Assembly: GCA_046484845.1 (NCBI GenBank)
Contig: JAWOIB010000068.1
Span: 1-37,116, forward strand
Length of the DNA: 37,116 nucleotides
Source of the DNA: a bacterium
GTDB taxonomy: Bacteria; Hydrothermota; Tepidihabitantia; Tepidihabitantales; Tepidihabitantaceae
Direction of reading: 5' to 3'
The translations under genes and the position numbers were made by a program. A model generated the notes under the pieces. That model did not search any database and had not been told where the DNA came from. It worked only from the letters and a program-made list of their open reading frames with translations. Shown here one piece after another: positions 25,990 through 32,563 of this stretch. The first letter of the stretch is position 1; every line of letters begins with the position of its first letter.

Positions 25990-26547
25990 TCACAGCATCC
26001 CCTTCTCCCGGGCCGGCTCCAGCAGCCGGCGCAGGTTCTGCCGGGCCCGGAACAGCAGCGAATCCACCGCCCGGACCGAGCGGCCCAGCGCCCGGGCCGC
26101 TTCCTCGTAGCTCATCTCCTGGTACTCGACCATCACCAGCGCCGCCCGCTGGTCCGCCGGCAGTTGTCCAAGTGCCTCCCGCACCAGCGCGATGCGTCGC
26201 TCGCGGGCGTAACGCTCCTCCGGCTCCGACGATTCCGGCGCGGGCAGGCTCTCGGGCAGCTCGCAGGTCGGCCTACGCCGGGTCGCCCGGTTGATGCAGA
26301 GATTGGTCGCAATCCGGTACAGCCAGGTCTTGAAACTGGCATCCCCCCGGAAGCCGCTTAGTCCCTGCCAGGCCTTCACCAATGCCTGCTGGGTCATCTC
26401 CTCGGCGTCGGCCGGGTTGCCGCACATCCGGTACAGGTAGCCGAACAGCGGCCGCTGGTACCGCCGCACCAGCTCCTCGAACGCGGCCAGGTCACCTTCC
26501 CGGGCCGCGCGGGCGAGTTCAGACTCCTGCCCGGGAACGTCAGTCAA
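25990..26547 (-). CDS. ECF-type RNA polymerase sigma factor (module A)
   Basis: Region 2 FKTWLYRIATNLCINR. Region 4 LPADQRAALVMVEYQEMSYEEAARALGRSVRAVDSLLFRARQNLR. TTG 26547 overlaps the flavodoxin-like stop (TTGA). Confidence 0.9.
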   Translation of the reverse strand: MTDVPGQESELARAAREGDLAAFEELVRRYQRPLFGYLYRMCGNPADAEEMTQQALVKAWQGLSGFRGDASFKTWLYRIATNLCINRATRRRPTCELPESLPAPESSEPEERYARERRIALVREALGQLPADQRAALVMVEYQEMSYEEAARALGRSVRAVDSLLFRARQNLRRLLEPAREKGML

Positions 26548-27038
26548 TTCCGGGGCATCCCCCCGGGAGCGCTCTCCGCGGCCAGCCGGTGAGCGAACGC
26601 GCGCGCCGCCTGCCGCAGCTGCTCCTCGTCACCGGGACGGGTATCGATTTCCCCGAACGCGACGACCGCCACCCCGCGGTCGGCGAGCAGCTGCCTGACT
26701 TTTTCCTGCGCCCGGAGCGTCGGCCCGCCGCCGGTGGAGAAGCAGACCGCCAGCCGGGGCGGCAGTTTCGCCCGCTTCAGAAAGGTCCGCGCCGGCGGGG
26801 CCGGCTTCCAGGCCCAGATCGGGGTGCAGAGCACGAGCAGCCCGCATTCAGCGAAATCAGTGGGCATCGGCCGGAGCCTCATCCCGAGGTTGAAGTAGGA
26901 ACGGAATCCCATCACCGCATAGCCATACTGCCGGGTGGTCTCGATGCGCGTGCGCGGCGCCGCCAGTTCCGCCGCCATCGCCTCGGCGATGACCTCGTTG
27001 TGCCCGAACCGGGTGTAATAGACGACGGCTGCTTTCAC
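26544..27038 (-). CDS. Flavodoxin-like fold protein
   Basis: KAAVVYYTRFGHNEVIAEAMA at the N-terminus, LVLCTPIW. GTG start preceded by SD GGAGGTG. Confidence 0.65.
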   Translation of the reverse strand: MKAAVVYYTRFGHNEVIAEAMAAELAAPRTRIETTRQYGYAVMGFRSYFNLGMRLRPMPTDFAECGLLVLCTPIWAWKPAPPARTFLKRAKLPPRLAVCFSTGGGPTLRAQEKVRQLLADRGVAVVAFGEIDTRPGDEEQLRQAARAFAHRLAAESAPGGMPRN

Positions 27039-27055
27039 GTTCGCACCTCCGGGTC

Positions 27056-27083
27056 AGGATAATCTGCCAGCGGATACTGTCAA
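27056..27083 (-). promoter_or_regulatory. Possible sigma70-like promoter for the flavodoxin/ECF module A operon
   Basis: Minus strand: TTGACA (27083-27078, overlapping the DMT stop), a 16-nt spacer, TATCCT (27061-27056). The predicted TSS would fall at the SD, so the call is uncertain. Confidence 0.25.
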
Positions 27084-27943
27084 TGCCCCGACCCGCCCAG
27101 CTGCAACAGCACCAGCGCCGCCACCACCAGCCCGACCCCGAACCAGCTGCGCGGCCGGAGCCGCTCCCGCCAGATCAGCGTCCCGGCCAGCGCCAGCAGC
27201 CCGACCTCCCCCGCCGCAATCACCGGGTACACCACCATCCCGGGCAGCACGGTCAGCGCCAGCACCAGGAAAAGGTAGTTGCCGAGGTTGGCCAGCCCGA
27301 GCAGCGAGCCCCAGCGCAGCGCCGCCATGTCCGGCCGCTGCCGGCGCGCAAAGCAGACCAGCGTGGTGACCAGGAACGCGGACACGAAAACCATCGCCTG
27401 GAACGGCAGGTGCTCCGCCTGCGGCAGTTCCTTGCGGAAGACCAGTGCGGCGGTCACCACCAGCCCGTCAACTAGGAACAGGGCGGCCAGCCAGAACGCC
27501 GCGACCCGGCCGGCACCGGCCCGGTCCGGCCGGCCCGCGTCGGACAGCACCAGCCCGAGCGCGGCCAGCGCCACCGCGCTCCCTGCCAACTCGAACGCGC
27601 TTGGCCGCTCTCGCCAGACCAGCGCCGCGAGCAGCACGGGTACCACGATCGCGGTCCGCATCGCCACCACCGACAGCGCCAGCCCGGCGGCCCGGATTGC
27701 CCGGGCCCAGACCAGCAGGCCGGCCACGAACACCACGCCGGTCGCCGCCCCGAGCAGCGCGGTCGGCACCGAGATGTGGTGCTGGCCGGCCAGGTACGCT
27801 CCAAAGAACGCCAGTAACGCCGCCGCCGCGTAGTTCACGCGGAGTAACGGCAGCAGCGGCATACGACGGCCCTCGGCCCGCCGCAGCACCAGCCCGAGCC
27901 CGACCGCGGACGCAACCTTCAGCAGCAGGAAATGCATCGCCAA
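27080..27943 (-). CDS. DMT/EamA-family transporter
   Basis: 287 aa, about 10 hydrophobic helices, two-fold internal repeat typical of EamA. Start is TTG 27943 or ATG 27937. Confidence 0.8.
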   Translation of the reverse strand: MAMHFLLLKVASAVGLGLVLRRAEGRRMPLLPLLRVNYAAAALLAFFGAYLAGQHHISVPTALLGAATGVVFVAGLLVWARAIRAAGLALSVVAMRTAIVVPVLLAALVWRERPSAFELAGSAVALAALGLVLSDAGRPDRAGAGRVAAFWLAALFLVDGLVVTAALVFRKELPQAEHLPFQAMVFVSAFLVTTLVCFARRQRPDMAALRWGSLLGLANLGNYLFLVLALTVLPGMVVYPVIAAGEVGLLALAGTLIWRERLRPRSWFGVGLVVAALVLLQLGGSGH

Positions 27944-27990
27944 GTATCCGCCCGGACGCTACCCGGTCAACCCCGGCGCGGCCCGGGCGA

Positions 27991-28018
27991 TTGACAGCGC
28001 CCCGCGGCCGGGTAATCT
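27991..28018 (+). promoter_or_regulatory. Sigma70-like promoter of the FmdE-domain gene, apparently leaderless
   Basis: TTGACA (27991-27996), a 16-nt spacer, TAATCT (28013-28018). GTG 28024 lies 5 nt after the -10. Confidence 0.4.
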
Positions 28019-28023
28019 CGTCC

Positions 28024-28494
28024 GTGGTCAATCTCCGCGCCTCCAGCGGCAGCGCTCAGCGCCTGCTCCAGCAGGCGACGTCCTTTCACGGCCATCTCGG
28101 GCCCTGGCTCGCGCTCGGGCTGCGGGCCGGTCTGTACGCCCGCCGCATCGTCAGCGCCGACCCGTTCCGGCTTGTCGCCCGCGCCCGCTGTCCGGCCCGT
28201 ACGCCCTACACCTGCCTCCTCGACGGTATCCAGTTCAGCTCCGGCTGCACCCTGGGCAAGGGCAACATCCACCATCTGCGCTCCGCCTGCCGCGGCCGCT
28301 CACGGCGCGCCGAGGTTAGTGTCGAGTTCCGGCGCCGCGACGGCACCGGGACCGGGCTCCGGCTGGAGCTCAGGCCCGAACTCTGGACCGAACTCCACCT
28401 CGCGCCGGTCGATACTGAGACGGCGGTCACCAGGCTCGGCCGCGACGTTTTCGGCCGCCCGCTGAACATGCTGTTCATCGAGACCCGTTCCTGA
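28024..28494 (+). CDS. FmdE-domain protein
   Basis: FHGHLGPWLALGLRAG and CLLDGIQFSSGCTLGKGNI match the FmdE signature. The ORF-track upstream extension (27445-28023) is Arg/Pro/Ala junk antisense to the DMT gene. Confidence 0.75.
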   Translation: MVNLRASSGSAQRLLQQATSFHGHLGPWLALGLRAGLYARRIVSADPFRLVARARCPARTPYTCLLDGIQFSSGCTLGKGNIHHLRSACRGRSRRAEVSVEFRRRDGTGTGLRLELRPELWTELHLAPVDTETAVTRLGRDVFGRPLNMLFIETRS

Positions 28495-28566
28495 ATCCCC
28501 GCGTCCTTCACCGCGTCTAACAGCCGAAAAATGAAACCGGGGTTCGCCCCAAAGGAGGTGTTGGTA

Positions 28567-29010
28567 ATGGCTAAGAACCTGGTCCGCTGGGACCCTTTCA
28601 GCGAGGTGAACTCGCTGCGTGAGGATATGGAAAGACTATTCGACTCCGTCTACGGTCGCTATCCGCGTGAGCGCGCCGAGATATCGTGGGCTCCTCCGCT
28701 AGACATCGAGGAGACCGACAACGGCATCATCATCCGGGCGGAAGTCCCGGGGATGAACAAGGACGACATCAAGATCTCGCTCACCGGTGATACGCTCTGC
28801 ATCTCGGGCGAGCGCCGGCACGCGGCCGAGCAGAAGGACAAGACCTTCCACCGGGTGGAGCGTGCCTATGGCAGGTTCATGCGCACGCTGGTCCTGCCGG
28901 CCGACGTCGACGGCGGCAAGGTCAAGGCCGGCTACAAGGACGGCATCCTTGAGCTCAGCCTGCCCAAGTCCGAGAAGGCCAAGCCGCGCGAAATCGCGAT
29001 CGAAAGCTGA
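28567..29010 (+). CDS. Hsp20/alpha-crystallin small heat-shock protein
   Basis: MAKNLVRWDPF..., an alpha-crystallin domain (PPLDIEETDNGIIIRAEVPGMNKDDIKISL...GILELSLPK). A strong SD AAAGGAGG sits upstream of ATG 28567. Confidence 0.92.
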   Translation: MAKNLVRWDPFSEVNSLREDMERLFDSVYGRYPRERAEISWAPPLDIEETDNGIIIRAEVPGMNKDDIKISLTGDTLCISGERRHAAEQKDKTFHRVERAYGRFMRTLVLPADVDGGKVKAGYKDGILELSLPKSEKAKPREIAIES

Positions 29011-29013
29011 TAA

Positions 29014-29074
29014 GCGGGCGGGCCGACCCGCCCGCGACTATCGAAAGAAGCGGCCCGCCCTCGCGGCGGGCCGC
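29014..29074 (+). terminator. Two tandem GC-rich hairpins after hsp20
   Basis: Hairpin 1: gcgggcggg / cccgcccgc (29014-29035). Hairpin 2: gcggcccgcc / ggcgggccgc (29050-29074). No U-tract. Confidence 0.45.
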
Positions 29075-29104
29075 CGCAGTTCGCCTGAGCGCATCCCGGC
29101 CGGC

Positions 29105-29132
29105 TTGACTGACTGACGCGTTCCGGTAGTCT
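29105..29132 (+). promoter_or_regulatory. Sigma70-like promoter of gatD
   Basis: TTGACT (29105-29110), a 16-nt spacer, TAGTCT (29127-29132). ATG 29152 lies 19 nt downstream. Confidence 0.35.
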
Positions 29133-29151
29133 TGCGAACTGGCTCAAGCGT

Positions 29152-30546
29152 ATGACCACTGCCAACCCGACCTATAAGGGCTATCGCGACCCAGCTCTCG
29201 CCCGGCTCAAGGAGCTGGGCATCTCGGTCTGGTCCGATGTCGTGCTCAAGACTGCTCGCGGCACCTTCGAGGGCATCGTCCTGCCCCGCAGCGAGACCGA
29301 CGACGAGCAGCACATCGTGCTCAAGCTCCGGTCCGGGTACAACGTCGGGGTCCGGGCCGACTCGGTGACCGAGGCCCGGCAGGTGGGCTACAAAGAAGCC
29401 ATCTACAAGATTCCCGAGAGCGAGTTCCCGACCGACCCGGCCCGGCCGAACGTGACGCTGTTCGGGACCGGCGGGACGATCGCCTCGCGGCTCGACTACC
29501 GCACCGGCGCGGTCATCCCGGCGTTTACGCCCGGCGAGCTTTACGGCGCGGTGCCGGAGCTCGCCGACATCTGCAACTTGAAGACCGAGAAGCTGTTCGG
29601 AGTGTTCAGCGAGAACATGGGCCCGGAGCAGTACATCGTCACCGCGAAGGCGGTCGCCGCCGAAATCGAAAAGGGCGTCAAGGGCATCGTCATCGGCCAC
29701 GGCACCGACACGCTCCACCACACTGCCAGCATCCTGTCGTTCATGCTTCAGGACCTGCCGGTGCCGGTCGTGCTGGTCGGGTCCCAGCGCTCAAGCGACC
29801 GGCCTTCCTCGGACGCGGCCCTCAACCTGCGCAACGCGGTCAAGACCGCGGCCGAATGCGACATCGCCGAGGTGATGGTCTGCATGTTCGGCCCGACCTC
29901 GGACGATTACGCCCTGCTCCACCGCGGCACCCGGGTGCGCAAGATGCACTCGAGCTACCGCTCGACCTTCCGGACCATCGGCGACATCCCGCTGGCGATG
30001 GTCGCGCAGGACAAGGGCTTCACGCACCTGCGCGACGACTACAACCACCGGCGTGACGACCGGCGGCTGACGCTCAACACCGCCTTCGAGGAAAAGGTCT
30101 CCATCGTCTACTACTACCCGAACATGAAGCCGGACATCATCGAGGCGCTGGTCGACAACGGCTACAAGGGCATCATCATCGCCGGGACCGGTCTCGGCCA
30201 CGTCAACAAGCCGCTCTACCCGGCGCTGGCGAAATGCCGGGAAGCGGGCGTTGCGGTTTATATGACCGTCCAGACGCTCTGGGGCTACGTCCACATGCGG
30301 GTGTACGAGACCGGCCGGGACATGATCAAACTCGGCGTGGTCGAGGCCGAGAACATGCTGCCCGAGGTCGCCTACATGAAACTCTGCTGGGTGCTGGGCC
30401 AGACCACCGACCCGGCCCGGGTCCGCGAGCTGATGCTCACCCCGATTGCGGGCGAAATCACCGACCGCGAGCCGCCCAACGGCTACCTCATCTTCCAGGG
30501 CGGGATTCCCGAAGTCGAAGAGTTCGTGTCCCGGATTCTGCGCTAG
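29152..30546 (+). CDS. gatD: Glu-tRNA(Gln) amidotransferase subunit D, archaeal type
   Basis: 464 aa. An N-terminal GatD-specific domain is followed by an asparaginase-like core: FGTGGTIAS (catalytic Thr motif), IGHGTDTLHHTA, VLVGSQRS..RPSSDA. Confidence 0.9.
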   Translation: MTTANPTYKGYRDPALARLKELGISVWSDVVLKTARGTFEGIVLPRSETDDEQHIVLKLRSGYNVGVRADSVTEARQVGYKEAIYKIPESEFPTDPARPNVTLFGTGGTIASRLDYRTGAVIPAFTPGELYGAVPELADICNLKTEKLFGVFSENMGPEQYIVTAKAVAAEIEKGVKGIVIGHGTDTLHHTASILSFMLQDLPVPVVLVGSQRSSDRPSSDAALNLRNAVKTAAECDIAEVMVCMFGPTSDDYALLHRGTRVRKMHSSYRSTFRTIGDIPLAMVAQDKGFTHLRDDYNHRRDDRRLTLNTAFEEKVSIVYYYPNMKPDIIEALVDNGYKGIIIAGTGLGHVNKPLYPALAKCREAGVAVYMTVQTLWGYVHMRVYETGRDMIKLGVVEAENMLPEVAYMKLCWVLGQTTDPARVRELMLTPIAGEITDREPPNGYLIFQGGIPEVEEFVSRILR

Positions 30547-32456
30547 GCGCCCGCGGCCCTGCGCACCTCGCCCGCCACGTCCGCACCCCGCGCCCGGCCT
30601 GTCAGCCCGGCCATCGCCCGGCCCATCAGGAACCGCCAGCGCGCTTCCGGGTCGTGGGCGTGGTCCGGCGTCGCGGCCGCGACCACCGCGGCGACGATCG
30701 TCTCCAATCGCCTGCCGGTGACGACCTCGCCCAACCCGCGCTCCACCAGCAGCCGGTCGAGCGGCTCGCCCCGGCACAGCCCGCGCATCAGGTGGACGAT
30801 CGCCTCGCGGGCGAACTCGCCCCGCTGGTACCGCTCGAACAACCCGGCCAGCAGCTCGTCGGGCAACTGGTGAACCGGCAGACCCTGCCGGGCCAGCCAG
30901 CGCGACCACTGCTCGAGCGCCACCCCGGCCAGTTTCGGGTCCACCCCGGCGCTGCCGGTGAGCCGCTCGAACAGCGCGCGCCGGGGCGAGAAAACCAGGC
31001 TCTGGACCACGTCCTCGGGCAGGCCGAGACTGCGGAACCGCTCCTCGGTCGCCCAGGCCGGTTCCGGCAGCCCCTGCCGTAGCTCCTCCAGCTGCTCCCG
31101 GCTGATGACCGTGGGCGGCGAGTCGGTATCCGGGTACATCCGGTCCGGCCCGGGCAGGATCCGCTCGAACCCGGTGGTGCCGTCCGGGTGCGGCTGGCGG
31201 GTTTCGCTCGGCACCCCGTTCGAGGCATCGACCGCCCGGAGGTGAAGCTCGTTGACCGAGGTCCTGATGTCGTCGGCCGGTCCCCGGACGATTACCGCCT
31301 CGTCCCCGACTCCGCAGTTGACCGTTTCCCGGATGACGCGCCAGTCATCGTCGGTCAGGCCCTCGTCACCGCCGCCCCGGTAAATGATGTTGGGCAGCCG
31401 GTCGATGCAGGCGATGACCCGGACCCGCTCTGAAAACTCGTACCCGAGGTCGTGGCCGGGCTGGAGCGTCCGGTTGAGCAGGCCGGCGAACCCGGCCAGC
31501 CGGACTACCGCCAGCGACAGCCCCTCATCCGCGGCCTGGCGCAGGTGCGGGCTGCCGGTCTTCCGGGCCAGCCGGGCGGGCAGTTCGGCCGATTCGGGCT
31601 GGAGCCCCTCCGGGCTGACGCCCCGGGCGCGCAACTCGTCCCGGACCGCCAGCAACTGCTGGTGGCGAAACGCTTCGACCGCGACCAGCCGCCGGACCAG
31701 CCGGGTATCGGGCACGCCCTTGATCTCGACCCGGGTCGAGTCCTCGATGCTGACGTTGACATCCTGCCGCCCCGCGCCCGGCCCGGTCCGGACCTGGCCG
31801 GTCGAGCGCAGCAACCGCCAGAGCAGCCGGGCGCCCTCGCTCGCCTCTTCCGGGGTGTGCATCGTCGCGTCGGTCACCACCTCGACCAGCGGGAACCCGA
31901 GCCGGTCCCCCCGGAAAGTCACCTCGTGCCCGACGTCCGACACCTCGCGGCAGGCGTCCTCCTCCAGCCCGAGCTGGATGATGCCCAGCCGGCGGCCCCG
32001 AAAAGGCACCCAGCCCTCGACCCCGATGATCGCGGTGCGCTGGAACCCGGTCGGGATCGAGCCGTCCAGGTACTGCTTGCGCGAGATGTGCATCTCGTCC
32101 ACGATGTTCAGGTTCAGCAGCAGCCCGATGCGGAGCGCAATCGCCAGCGCCTCCTGGTTGATCGGGAACGGCGGGGTGTCGTCCATCTCGTAGGTGCAGT
32201 CGATGTCCGCGTAGAGCTGGTACCGCACGTTCTTCCGGGTCTTGAACTCCATCAGCGCGGTGCCGTCGTACTCGCCCAGCTCCGACAGCGTCGGCCGCAT
32301 ATGGCGCAGAACTTCGTAGTCCGGGGGCCGCGAGCGCAGCTCGGACCGGCAGCGGCAGAACAGCTTGTGCCGGGTCAGCAGCTGGTAATGGATTTCATGC
32401 CCGACCCGGAACCCGAGTCGCTGCCAGTCCAGGTCGAGGTCAACAGGCGTATTCAA
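30543..32456 (-). CDS. gatE: Glu-tRNA(Gln) amidotransferase subunit E, archaeal type
   Basis: 637 aa. GFRVGHEIHYQL..HKLFCRC, RKQYLDGSIPTGFQRTAIIG (the GatE-type motif rather than the GatB-type RKNYFYPD), an inserted domain, and a GatB/YqeY-like C-terminus. TTG start at 32456. Confidence 0.9.
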   Translation of the reverse strand: MNTPVDLDLDWQRLGFRVGHEIHYQLLTRHKLFCRCRSELRSRPPDYEVLRHMRPTLSELGEYDGTALMEFKTRKNVRYQLYADIDCTYEMDDTPPFPINQEALAIALRIGLLLNLNIVDEMHISRKQYLDGSIPTGFQRTAIIGVEGWVPFRGRRLGIIQLGLEEDACREVSDVGHEVTFRGDRLGFPLVEVVTDATMHTPEEASEGARLLWRLLRSTGQVRTGPGAGRQDVNVSIEDSTRVEIKGVPDTRLVRRLVAVEAFRHQQLLAVRDELRARGVSPEGLQPESAELPARLARKTGSPHLRQAADEGLSLAVVRLAGFAGLLNRTLQPGHDLGYEFSERVRVIACIDRLPNIIYRGGGDEGLTDDDWRVIRETVNCGVGDEAVIVRGPADDIRTSVNELHLRAVDASNGVPSETRQPHPDGTTGFERILPGPDRMYPDTDSPPTVISREQLEELRQGLPEPAWATEERFRSLGLPEDVVQSLVFSPRRALFERLTGSAGVDPKLAGVALEQWSRWLARQGLPVHQLPDELLAGLFERYQRGEFAREAIVHLMRGLCRGEPLDRLLVERGLGEVVTGRRLETIVAAVVAAATPDHAHDPEARWRFLMGRAMAGLTGRARGADVAGEVRRAAGA

Positions 32457-32464
32457 GGGCGATT

Positions 32465-32492
32465 ACACTATCTAAGGCAGGTGCGGAGTCAA
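32465..32492 (-). promoter_or_regulatory. Sigma70-like promoter of gatE, near-leaderless
   Basis: Minus strand: TTGACT (32492-32487), a 16-nt spacer, TAGTGT (32470-32465). The TTG start lies 8 nt after the -10. The hexamers nearly match those of gatD. Confidence 0.35.
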
Positions 32493-32518
32493 GCCCGGCG
32501 CTTGCCCGGGAAAGGAGA

Positions 32519-32545
32519 CGGGCCGGGGCATACTGTCCCGGCCCG
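32519..32545 (-). terminator. Hairpin terminator after the T9SS cargo gene
   Basis: 9-bp stem cgggccggg / cccggcccg with a 9-nt loop. On the minus strand it is followed by GTCTCCTTTCCC. Confidence 0.4.
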
Positions 32546-32563
32546 CCTGTTTCCGGTCCGCGC

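Noticed and set aside
28495-28566. A heat-shock control element upstream of hsp20 (CIRCE inverted repeat, or a sigma32-type CTTGAA/CCCCAT promoter).
   Set aside because: No CIRCE-like inverted repeat is present. Only partial matches exist (CCTGAA ... CCGCGTCT and TGAAA ... CCCCAAA) with wrong spacing or overlap with the SD.
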